The notes beneath the pieces are model-generated. The model saw only the letters and a list, made by a program, of their open reading frames with translations. It had not been told where the DNA came from and did no database searches. DNA of 32,000 bases from a bacterium. GTDB taxonomy: Bacteria; UBP14; UBA6098; B30-G16. The stretch covers positions 107,289 through 139,288 of the forward strand of contig JAUWMV010000001.1 of assembly GCA_030613005.1 (NCBI GenBank). The letters run 5' to 3'. This document shows positions 9,246 to 17,530 of this stretch, piece after piece (position 1 is the first letter of the stretch; the number at the start of each line of letters is the position of its first letter). The position numbers and the translations under genes were made by a program.

Positions 9246-10496
9246 ATGAGGTTTATAATAACTGTGCTTTTATGTGGGGTTCTTAGCTTGGCAAATGCAG
9301 AGAATTTATTGATATATATGGATGAAACACAATCGGATCATTTGAAAGCGTATGGTGTAACATACTGGTGCCTCGAAAAAGGATATAATGTAGAATGGCT
9401 TTTGAATTATCGGGGTGGAAGTTTCCTTACACCTGCTGGAGCGGATATCGAACAAACCTGCAAGGTTAGAGGTGTATCCTATGTAGTTGTTAGTGGTGGT
9501 CAGATTGCAGAAATTTATAACATAATTGAAAACTCCAATATGGAGGTCGTTCTTCTCGAGAAAGCACCAAAGATTGGCGTTTATGTACCACCAACGCATG
9601 ATCCATGGGATGATGCGGTGAGATTGGCTCTTGAATATGCAGAGATAAGATACGAAACGGTTTGGGACCCGGAAGTTATGCTCGGTAAGTTATCGGGATT
9701 CGACTGGCTTCATTTGCATCATGAGGATTTCACTGGTCAGTATGGCAAATTTTACGCTTCGTATCGAAGTGCGTTATGGTATCAAAGGGATGTAGCATTA
9801 AATCAAGAAACTGCGAGAAAACTGGGATTCGCTAAGGTTACCGAAATGAAAAAAGCAGTTGCAAGAAAAATTAAAGAATATGCTGCAAATGGTGGTTTTT
9901 TATTTGCCATGTGTTCTGCTACTGATTCATGGGACATAGCTCTTGCAGCGGAAAATTGTGATATTGTGGATGTTCCCTTCGATGGAGATCCGGTTGATGC
10001 CGATTATGAATCTAAACTTGATTTCTCAAAATGTATTGCATTTGAGAACTTTAAGCTTATACCGAATCCTATGATCTATGAATTCTCAGATATTGACATT
10101 CAACCGGATAGATTTGCAAGGGACAGAGACAAACGGTTCTTTAGGCTTTTTGATTTCTCAGCAAAATTTGATCCTGTTCCGACGATGTTGGTTCAAGATC
10201 ATACTTCTATTATAAAGGATTTCCTTGGACAAACTACTTCATTTAATTCTAAATGTATAAAAAAGAATGTTATTATTCTTGGACAATACGACGATGGTTC
10301 TGCAGCAAAATACTTGTATGGAAATATTGGCAAAGGTTTTTTTGTGTTTATGTCGGGTCATGATCCAGAGGATTATGCCCATTATATCGGTGATCCTCCA
10401 TCCGACCTTTCGTTATATAAAAATTCTCCAGGATACAGGTTGATTTTAAATAATGTTCTGTTTCCTGCAGCAGAAAAAAAGGAGAAAAAAACCTAA
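9246..10496 (+). CDS. conserved-looking exported protein of unknown function (possible GATase1/ThuA-like fold)
   Basis: The ORF opens at 9192, but GGAGGAG (9231-9237) precedes ATG 9246. That start gives a clean signal peptide, MRFIITVLLCGVLSLANA/EN. Motifs DWLHLHHEDFTGQYGKFY and NGGFLFAMCSATD recall class-I amidotransferase-like/ThuA-like folds (weak inference). As far as I recall, similar proteins are sometimes auto-annotated asparagine synthetase B, but I see no AsnB motifs. Confidence 0.6.
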   Translation: MRFIITVLLCGVLSLANAENLLIYMDETQSDHLKAYGVTYWCLEKGYNVEWLLNYRGGSFLTPAGADIEQTCKVRGVSYVVVSGGQIAEIYNIIENSNMEVVLLEKAPKIGVYVPPTHDPWDDAVRLALEYAEIRYETVWDPEVMLGKLSGFDWLHLHHEDFTGQYGKFYASYRSALWYQRDVALNQETARKLGFAKVTEMKKAVARKIKEYAANGGFLFAMCSATDSWDIALAAENCDIVDVPFDGDPVDADYESKLDFSKCIAFENFKLIPNPMIYEFSDIDIQPDRFARDRDKRFFRLFDFSAKFDPVPTMLVQDHTSIIKDFLGQTTSFNSKCIKKNVIILGQYDDGSAAKYLYGNIGKGFFVFMSGHDPEDYAHYIGDPPSDLSLYKNSPGYRLILNNVLFPAAEKKEKKT

Positions 10497-10497
10497 G

Positions 10498-11091
10498 ATG
10501 AAATTTTCAGAAAATAAAATATTCTCATTTAATACATTACCTTGGTTTTTTCCTCAGAGATTAAAACTGATAAGGTGTTTACTATTAGTTTTTTTGCTTT
10601 TTTCTTTTTTAGGTATTTCTTGCGAAAGAGATGATCTTGCTCATGGGAAAAGGAAACCTCAGAATAAAGCAGAATTGGAGCAGGCAAAAATTATTTTCAC
10701 AGAAGAGGGAATGCTTCAAGCTATATTGGATGCAGATAAAATGGAAACTCGCGGTAGTATTATTTGGGGTTGGAATATTAATGTCAAATTTTATCAACCT
10801 AAGGATAGTATACCAAACGGAGGTATGTTGGCAGATTCTGGCTATGTAGGGCAGGGAGTAGGTCGTCGTAGAATGGTTTCAGTATTTGGCAATGTATCCT
10901 TAGAAGCTCCGGATGGCACAAAGTTATATTCCGACTCACTTCGATGGAATCCACAAAAAGGACAGGTGGAAAGCGGATCAAAAGTAAAAGTTGTTCGTGG
11001 TAATGAGATTATTAAAGGGATCGGATTTACCTCAGACCCAAATTTTGAGAAAATACGAGTTAAAAACGTAAGTGGTACAATTTCGGGATGA
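10498..11091 (+). CDS. lptC: LPS export system protein LptC-like (membrane/lipid anchored)
   Basis: ATG 10498 is preferred over ORF start 10453. N-terminal hydrophobic anchor ends in LGISC. Beta-jellyroll-like pattern (FTEEGMLQAILDADKME...LEAPDGTKLYSDSLRWNPQKGQVESGSKVKVVRGNEIIKGIGFTSD). The stop overlaps the lptB start (ATGATG/TGA at 11088-11091). Confidence 0.55.
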   Translation: MKFSENKIFSFNTLPWFFPQRLKLIRCLLLVFLLFSFLGISCERDDLAHGKRKPQNKAELEQAKIIFTEEGMLQAILDADKMETRGSIIWGWNINVKFYQPKDSIPNGGMLADSGYVGQGVGRRRMVSVFGNVSLEAPDGTKLYSDSLRWNPQKGQVESGSKVKVVRGNEIIKGIGFTSDPNFEKIRVKNVSGTISG

Positions 11092-11858
11092 TGTCTACTA
11101 TGACTTCGAATAGAGAAACTTCAAATATGGACTCGATCAATATTTTGCGAACGGAAGGACTTAAGAAAAATTTTGGCAAGAAAGCTGCCGTTCAGGGCAT
11201 CGACTTGGTAGTTAGTCCAAGTGAGGTTGTGGGTCTTCTCGGTCCTAATGGTGCAGGAAAAACTACAACTTTTCACATGATAACAGGACTTATTCGACCG
11301 AATGCAGGAAGAGTTTATTTAGGTGGAAATGACATAACAAGAATGCCAATGTACAAACGCGCTCGAAAAGGCATAACATACTTACCTCAGGAGCCATCAG
11401 TTTTCAGAACGCTAACAGTTGAGGAAAATCTTATGGCAGTTCTTGAATTCATGGAAAAGGATAAAAAAGCTCGAAAACCGAGGATTGAAAAACTCCTCCA
11501 AGAACTCGACATAATTCATGTTCGAAAACAAAAGGCGTACACCTTGTCCGGTGGAGAACGAAGGCGTGTAGAAATTGCTCGATCGCTTTGTGCTGATCCG
11601 GAATATTTCCTTCTCGATGAACCATTTTCGGGCATCGATCCGATTGTTGTAAGGGAGATTCAGAAGTTGATTATTGGACTTAAAGAGATGGGCATTGGAG
11701 TGCTTATTACAGATCATAACGTCCGAGAAGTGCTGTCAATCGTGGATCGAGCTTACATTATTTTCGAGGGTAGAGTTCTCATCGAGGGTTCATCGGAATT
11801 CCTGCTAAGCGATAAAAAAGCTCGGGAGATTTACTTAGGTCCGAAGTTTAGGATGTAA
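11088..11858 (+). CDS. lptB: LPS export ABC transporter ATP-binding protein LptB
   Basis: Walker A GPNGAGKTT, signature LSGGERRRVEIAR, Walker B FLLDEPFSGIDP, and the LptB-typical ITDHNVRE and C-terminal REIYLGPKF. Confidence 0.9.
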   Translation: MMSTMTSNRETSNMDSINILRTEGLKKNFGKKAAVQGIDLVVSPSEVVGLLGPNGAGKTTTFHMITGLIRPNAGRVYLGGNDITRMPMYKRARKGITYLPQEPSVFRTLTVEENLMAVLEFMEKDKKARKPRIEKLLQELDIIHVRKQKAYTLSGGERRRVEIARSLCADPEYFLLDEPFSGIDPIVVREIQKLIIGLKEMGIGVLITDHNVREVLSIVDRAYIIFEGRVLIEGSSEFLLSDKKAREIYLGPKFRM

Positions 11859-12011
11859 TTTTTTTTAAAAAAAGTATCATTTCCTTACAATCGCTTGTTG
11901 GGTTGATGTAGAAATAAGACTATTGGATATAAGATTATCAAATATACACAAAACATTTTTAAGATTTGAATCTTAATTAGAATAATTTAAATTGCTAAAA
12001 GAGAACATTTC

Positions 12012-12039
12012 TTGAAATATTAATTCTGATCTGTATATT
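12012..12039 (+). promoter_or_regulatory. candidate sigma70-type promoter for mazEF (TTGAAA-N16-TATATT)
   Basis: TTGAAA at 12012-12017, a 16-nt spacer, then TATATT at 12034-12039, about 30 nt upstream of the GGAGG (12062-12066)/ATG 12071 of mazE. Motif match only. Confidence 0.4.
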
Positions 12040-12070
12040 CATTGTAGACACATTTTATACTGGAGGATCT

Positions 12071-12313
12071 ATGTTTGTTAAAATACAGAAGTGGGGGAAC
12101 AGCTTAGCTCTCAGAATCCCAAAGGCTTTTACTCGTGAAATAAATATTGAAGATGGTTCGAAAGTAAATCTTGTTTTAGAGGATGGGAAATTGATGATTA
12201 TACCCATGGAATTGAAACATTGTAAACTTTCCGAACTCCTTTTGCAGATACATGAAAATAACTTACACGGTGAAGTCGATACAAAAGGTCCTGTGGGCAA
12301 AGAATCATGGTAA
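12071..12313 (+). CDS. mazE: MazE/AbrB-family (SpoVT-AbrB fold) antitoxin
   Basis: MFVKIQKWGNSLALRIPKAF...GSKVNLVLEDGKLMIIP is the classic looped-hinge-helix MazE N-terminus. Strong SD GGAGG 4 nt upstream. Confidence 0.85.
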   Translation: MFVKIQKWGNSLALRIPKAFTREINIEDGSKVNLVLEDGKLMIIPMELKHCKLSELLLQIHENNLHGEVDTKGPVGKESW

Positions 12314-12640
12314 GGAACGCTTTCTATCTACCCGACAGAGGTGATGACATTTGAACCGCATGAAGGGCACGAGCAGAGCGGTCGCAGACCAGCCATAGTT
12401 ATCTCTCCCAGAGCATACAATTCTAAAGTTGGTCTTGCTCTATTTTGTCCCATAACCTCTCGAATAAAGGGCTATCCTTTTGAAGTGCAGCTTCCCCCAA
12501 AAGGTGTCATTACTGGTGTCATTCTCTCCGACCAAGTAAAAAGTTTAGATTGGTATGTAAGAAGCGCAGAATTCGTCTGTAAGGTACACGAAAATGTGGT
12601 TTTCGAAGTTCTTGAGAAAATAAGAACTCTCATCGATTAG
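12307..12640 (+). pseudogene. mazF: MazF/PemK-family endoribonuclease toxin, frame-disrupted near the N-terminus
   Basis: ATG 12307 overlaps the mazE stop and reads MVRNAFYLPDRGDDI, then TGA (12352-12354). The rest of the toxin (FEPHEGHEQSGRRPAIVISP...ITSRIKGYPFEV...SDQVKSLDW) runs in the next frame, listed as ORF 12341..12640. Confidence 0.65.
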
Positions 12641-12798
12641 AAGACTTCTAATTGAATAATCAATGTCTAATCCCTAAGATAGACTCATGCAAATTTCTTA
12701 CTTTGGAAGTAATTTTAAAATGTTTAGCTTGTTTAACTCGCAAATGAAATACGCAATATCTATTTGCATTACACACCACAATACTCATAGGTTTGATT

Positions 12799-13881
12799 TT
12801 ATATTCCAGCCATTTCCTTGTCTAATTTCTTAAGGATTTCTTCCTGTTCGGGTGAAATTTTCTCAGGGATCTTATAACTAATCTCGACAATTAAATCACC
12901 GACATGAGAACCTCTTGCCACGCCCATTTCCGGTATGCGTAATTTTGCACCAGGTTTAGTTCCCGGTGGTATTTTCACGGTAATCGTTTTTCCAATTGGA
13001 TGGTGAATTTTAACTTTCGAACCTAATAAAGCCTTCGTGAAGGGAATAGTTATATGGGCGATTAAATTGTCTCCTTTGATTTCGAAAGTCCGACCAGACT
13101 TAACGTAAACAGTTACATAAAGATCTCCCGGCGGAGCACCAAAAAATCCTGGAGAACCAAGACTTCTTAATCGTAAAGTCTGTCCGTTGACAGTTCCGGG
13201 AGGGATGCGAACATTAACTTTTCTTTGGGTTTGAATTGTTCCAGTGCCGCCGCAAGCTGAACATTTTCTCTCAGATATCGATCCTTTTCCAAGACATGTG
13301 GGGCAAACTTTTTGGACAGCATACATTCCTTGTTGAATATTTATGAAACCTCGACCACTACAAGTGGGACATTTGTTAGTTTTAGTTCCGGGTTCTGCAC
13401 CTGTGCCACCGCATCGAGGACAGGTCTCCTGAATTGGAACAACGATGCTCTTCTGTCCTCCCTTGAATGCAATATTAAATGGAATATCCACAGCGGTTTG
13501 AAGGTCGTTTCCTTTTTGCGGTGTTTTTCTGCTCCGATGCACTCCTCCACCGAACAGATCACTGAAAATGTCACCTATGTTAATCCCACCGAATAGATCA
13601 CCGAAATCAAATTTTTGACCACCTCGAGCCTGTTGCCATCTATAATCACGACCTGCACCGAAAGGAATCCCGCCTTTTCGCATTAGGTCGTATTGTTCAC
13701 GCTTCTTGGGGTCGGTGAGAACTTCATAAGCTTCGCCAATTTGCTTGAATCTTTCCTCTGCCGACTTGTCATTAGGATTTTTATCAGGATGGAATTTTTT
13801 AGCGAGTCTTCGGTAAGCCTTCTTAATTTCATCTGCAGAAGCTTTTTCAGTAACACCAAGAATTTGGTAATAATCCTTCAT
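12799..13881 (-). CDS. dnaJ: molecular chaperone DnaJ (type I: J domain, G/F region, zinc-finger domain)
   Basis: DYYQILGV...KFHPDKN (HPD), a Gly/Phe-rich linker, and four CxxCxGxG repeats ([32 protein letters not shown]). Confidence 0.9.
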   Translation of the reverse strand: MKDYYQILGVTEKASADEIKKAYRRLAKKFHPDKNPNDKSAEERFKQIGEAYEVLTDPKKREQYDLMRKGGIPFGAGRDYRWQQARGGQKFDFGDLFGGINIGDIFSDLFGGGVHRSRKTPQKGNDLQTAVDIPFNIAFKGGQKSIVVPIQETCPRCGGTGAEPGTKTNKCPTCSGRGFINIQQGMYAVQKVCPTCLGKGSISERKCSACGGTGTIQTQRKVNVRIPPGTVNGQTLRLRSLGSPGFFGAPPGDLYVTVYVKSGRTFEIKGDNLIAHITIPFTKALLGSKVKIHHPIGKTITVKIPPGTKPGAKLRIPEMGVARGSHVGDLIVEISYKIPEKISPEQEEILKKLDKEMAGI

Positions 13882-13883
13882 AT

Positions 13884-14558
13884 TTACCTTCGTCTTGAAA
13901 GTACGAGAAGTCTCAAAAGATTTACAATAGCCATTAATGTCGCAGCAACGTAAGTCATTGCTGCAGCTCTAAGAACATTTCTCGCACCAGAAATTTCCTC
14001 GGGAGTTAATATTCCAAGCTCGGGAAGAATTTTCAAAGCTCTTGCTGAAGCATCGAACTCCACAGGCAATGTAATCAAATGAAAAGCAACAGCCGCAGCA
14101 AAGAAAACAATTCCAATATTCATTAATACTGGAATTTGTGCAATAAAGCCTATGAAAAACAAAGGAAAAGCTAAATTGGTACCCAATGAAACAACAGGAA
14201 CAATGCTATTTCTTATTGCGAGAGGAGAATAATGTTTCGCATGCTGGATAGCATGTCCACATTCATGTGCTGCGATTCCAACAGCTGCAACGGAATCGAT
14301 ATCGAATACACCCGGTGAAAGACGGAGAACTTTTTTTTTGGGATCATAATGATCACCAAGATTCCTGTTTGTTCGCTCGATTCTTAGTTTAAGACCTTTA
14401 GCTCGAAGAATCATAGTCGCAGCTTCCGAGCCAGTAACTCTGCGTTTGGTTTCCACTCTCGACCATTTTCTATATTCTTTTCTAATTCTGCTCTGTGACC
14501 ATAATGCCAATATAATTGCAGGGATTAACATTAAAATTGTTGAGTCTAGGAAATACAT
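13884..14558 (-). CDS. membrane zinc metallopeptidase, YugP-like (putative neutral zinc metallopeptidase family)
   Basis: HExxH motif ([11 protein letters not shown]) between the N-terminal and C-terminal TM helices. GGAG SD upstream of ATG 14558. The stop is 2 nt before the dnaJ ATG. Confidence 0.75.
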   Translation of the reverse strand: MYFLDSTILMLIPAIILALWSQSRIRKEYRKWSRVETKRRVTGSEAATMILRAKGLKLRIERTNRNLGDHYDPKKKVLRLSPGVFDIDSVAAVGIAAHECGHAIQHAKHYSPLAIRNSIVPVVSLGTNLAFPLFFIGFIAQIPVLMNIGIVFFAAAVAFHLITLPVEFDASARALKILPELGILTPEEISGARNVLRAAAMTYVAATLMAIVNLLRLLVLSRRR

Positions 14559-14729
14559 AAATCTCCTTCTTAAAAATAAATATTTAATTCAGTCGTTATA
14601 TCAAATCAAGCCATTTTTACTTAATCTATTTAGGAAAAAATAGTTGCCACATATTATACATATTTAGATATTAAATATTCGTATTAATATCAGTTTAAAT
14701 TATTCGAATCCAATTTGAAAGGTTATTTA

Positions 14730-16055
14730 ATGAAAATCCTAAAAAATGAAAATGCAAGTTTGAATATATTTGGCAAGTATTTCTTTGTTTCAATTTTTAT
14801 TTTATTTTTTGTTGTTATACTCTATGCAAAGCAAAAAAACCCAACGTATTTTTTCCCACCGTTTAAACATACTTGGGGTATTCATAAAGGCACGGAAGAA
14901 AACCTTGACATGCTGCTCGGGAATAAAACAGATTTTGATGATCCACAAGGAATAACTGTAGTAAAACTTAAACAATGGGATGATCCAAATTCAAAAAAGG
15001 ATGATGATGAGGTTACCGTTTACGGAGTTAATTCTGGACGTTGTCAGATTATTTATAACAAATCTATGTATGGTTTAGCTATTTATGGAAGTTGTGGCAG
15101 AGGAAAAGGGCAGTTCCGAACGCCAAAAGGTATTACTGCCACCGAAAACGGTGATGTTTATGTTGCAGATTATGGCAATGGAAGAATTGTGCATTTGAGG
15201 ATGCCAAAAGACAAACTAATCTGGGTAAAAAGCTTTGGGGAAAAGTATCTTAAAGCTCCCTTCGACATTGCATCGATACCTGGAGATACTTTATATATAA
15301 CAGATTTCAAAAAGAACTCGGTTTTAGTCTTCGATTCATCTGGTTCACTTATTAAAGAATTCACCGGGTTTTATGGACCTAAAGGAATAGATGTGGATGC
15401 TCATACGATTAAATGGTCTGCATACAAAGGGGATTATTTTGTTGTTATAGATTCATTTGGAAAGAGAATTCTGAAAATAAATCGAACCAATGGTAAAATT
15501 GATAAAATCGTTAGAACAAATTCTATAGGATTATCTGGGTCCAAACTTCAATATTTAGCATTGGATTATCTTGGAAATGTTCACGTTACAGACTATAATC
15601 GCTGCCAATTACACAAGTTCGATAAAGATTTGAAATACATAACTTCGTTTGGTAGTTGCGGTTATAAGGATGAACAACTCGATCAACCAAGAGGAATTAC
15701 TATATGGAAGAGATTCGGACAAATATTTGTTTCCGAAAGAGCTACTGCACAATATTTCTGGATTGGTTTGGAAGTGAAAGAATTCAGATTTACTCACAAT
15801 AATAATGATAATTCTGTTACCGTTTCTTTTTTCATAACCGAAACAGCTTACGTTAAAGCTCGAATCATAGGTAAAGGAGTCGATCTTTCATTATGGAAAA
15901 GGAAGAAGCGTGTCGATCTGGGTGGATATGAGGAAAAGATAGCTTTACCTGTTGGATTAGATTCGGGTAATTATAAAATTGTATTTGAATTCGAACCTAC
16001 GTATAGCTCTCGAAATTATTTAGAGAAAACTATCACGAGAAAGATAAAAATTTAA
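14730..16055 (+). CDS. membrane-anchored NHL-repeat beta-propeller protein with C-terminal Ig-like (FlgD-Ig-like) domain
   Basis: ATG 14730 is preferred over TTG 14715. N-terminal TM (YFFVSIFILFFVVILYA). Repeated NHL-type units (PKGITATENGDVYVADYGNGRIVHL, PFDIASIPGDTLYITDFKKNSVLVFD, PKGIDVD, LDYLGNVHVTDYNRCQLHKFD, PRGITIW). C-terminal beta-sandwich-like VTVSFFITETAYVKARI...SGNYKIVFEFEP. Confidence 0.7.
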   Translation: MKILKNENASLNIFGKYFFVSIFILFFVVILYAKQKNPTYFFPPFKHTWGIHKGTEENLDMLLGNKTDFDDPQGITVVKLKQWDDPNSKKDDDEVTVYGVNSGRCQIIYNKSMYGLAIYGSCGRGKGQFRTPKGITATENGDVYVADYGNGRIVHLRMPKDKLIWVKSFGEKYLKAPFDIASIPGDTLYITDFKKNSVLVFDSSGSLIKEFTGFYGPKGIDVDAHTIKWSAYKGDYFVVIDSFGKRILKINRTNGKIDKIVRTNSIGLSGSKLQYLALDYLGNVHVTDYNRCQLHKFDKDLKYITSFGSCGYKDEQLDQPRGITIWKRFGQIFVSERATAQYFWIGLEVKEFRFTHNNNDNSVTVSFFITETAYVKARIIGKGVDLSLWKRKKRVDLGGYEEKIALPVGLDSGNYKIVFEFEPTYSSRNYLEKTITRKIKI

Positions 16056-16062
16056 GCACCTT

Positions 16063-17436
16063 ATGGCCGAAAAGCTGAAAATCAACGATGTTAGAAATAT
16101 TGTCCCAGAGAAAATGGTGTATGGTGGCAGTTCGATTGCAAGAATTCAAAACCAGACTGTATTTGTGTATGGTGCTCTTCCGAAAGAGAACATTCAAGCC
16201 AGAATTTATCGGAAGCGAAAAGGTGTTTTTTATGCCGAGACAATTAATGTATCAAATCCCTCAAAAGATAGAATAGATTCGCAGTGTCCTCATTTTGGTG
16301 AGTGTGGAGGTTGTACTTGGCAACATATCGATTATCAAGCTCAACTAAAGTACAAGCAGCAAATTTTTGAGGATGTTCTTTCGAGAATCGCTGGGGTAAA
16401 AGATACCGAAGTTGGGAAAATTGTTCCTTCCCCATTGGAATTTGGCTATCGTAATAAAATGGAATTCTCGTTCGGAAAGAACTCAGAAGGGATATTCATT
16501 GGACATCATAGAAGAGGTAGATACGATCAATTATTACCAACTGCAAAGGATTGCCTTTTAGTGCCAGAAAAAGTAAGGGAAATTGTTTCTAATGTCGAAG
16601 AAATGGCTCAGGAGGAGGAAGCACACGATCCCAGAACAGGTTCAGGATACCTTCGATTTTTCAATGTCCGATGGAGTTTTCACGAAGAACAGGCAATTCT
16701 TGGTATTACAATAACTCAAGATATCGATTTAAAGATTTTCAAATCATGGTTTATCGATCTTGCTGAAAAGTTCCCAGGTGTTATTGCAGGAGGTTATGTT
16801 TCGATTAATTATGCTGGGAGCAGTTCTATAGGCATATTTCACTCTTTATTCGGTAACACAGAATTTATCGAGAGAATTGGAGAAAAATCTTACGTTGTTG
16901 GTGCAATGTCTTTCTTTCAAACTAATCCAATAGGAGCAAAAATACTGTTCGATTTTGCGAGGGAATTTGCAGATCTGAGAGGAAATAAACGCTTATGGGA
17001 TCTTTACTGTGGTGCTGGAACGATAGGCATTTATTTAAGCGATGCTGCTGCTTTTGTTCTTGGGATAGAGAACGAAGAATCTGCGATAGCTTGCGCAAAA
17101 ATTAACGCTGAGCTTAATAATGTAGGAAAAAAAGTAATTTTTCAGTATGGTGATGTAGCAAAAGTACTTTTAGAAATCAGAGAAAAAAGGATTTATGAAA
17201 AACCGGATTGCATTGTAATCGATCCTCCAAGAGCAGGTTTACCGAGCAAAACAGTTCGAAGAATTATGAAATTTGCACCGAAGAGAATTATATACATAAC
17301 ATGTAATCCCAGTACATTTGCAAGAGATATTTCTATGTTCGCGGGATATGGTTATTCCTTAATCAGAGTACAACCTGTGGATATGTTTCCGCAAACTTAT
17401 CATATCGAAGCTGTTGGATTACTTAAACAAAGTTAG
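16063..17436 (+). CDS. rlmD: 23S rRNA (uracil-C5)-methyltransferase RlmD/RumA family
   Basis: N-terminal TRAM-like domain. Fe-S cysteine cluster CPHFGECGGC. SAM site DLYCGAGTIG. DPPRAGL and the catalytic-Cys region YITCNP. Confidence 0.85.
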   Translation: MAEKLKINDVRNIVPEKMVYGGSSIARIQNQTVFVYGALPKENIQARIYRKRKGVFYAETINVSNPSKDRIDSQCPHFGECGGCTWQHIDYQAQLKYKQQIFEDVLSRIAGVKDTEVGKIVPSPLEFGYRNKMEFSFGKNSEGIFIGHHRRGRYDQLLPTAKDCLLVPEKVREIVSNVEEMAQEEEAHDPRTGSGYLRFFNVRWSFHEEQAILGITITQDIDLKIFKSWFIDLAEKFPGVIAGGYVSINYAGSSSIGIFHSLFGNTEFIERIGEKSYVVGAMSFFQTNPIGAKILFDFAREFADLRGNKRLWDLYCGAGTIGIYLSDAAAFVLGIENEESAIACAKINAELNNVGKKVIFQYGDVAKVLLEIREKRIYEKPDCIVIDPPRAGLPSKTVRRIMKFAPKRIIYITCNPSTFARDISMFAGYGYSLIRVQPVDMFPQTYHIEAVGLLKQS

Positions 17437-17530
17437 AATAATTAGTTATACATCATTACTTCTCTCTTAACAAAATATTATTAATGCATCTGTTTCTTGC
17501 TATTGGTCATAATTAGTTTATATTTATGTT

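Noticed and set aside
10631-10849. Alternative-frame ORFs overlapping lptC (10631..10849 +, 10609..10797 -, 10799..10981 -)
   Set aside because: They overlap a better-supported gene and have no RBS or motifs.
14331-14339. T9 (A9 on the coding strand) homopolymer inside the Zn-peptidase gene as a phase-variation tract
   Set aside because: It encodes an in-frame Lys run (PKKKV) in an intact ORF. There is no evidence of slippage.
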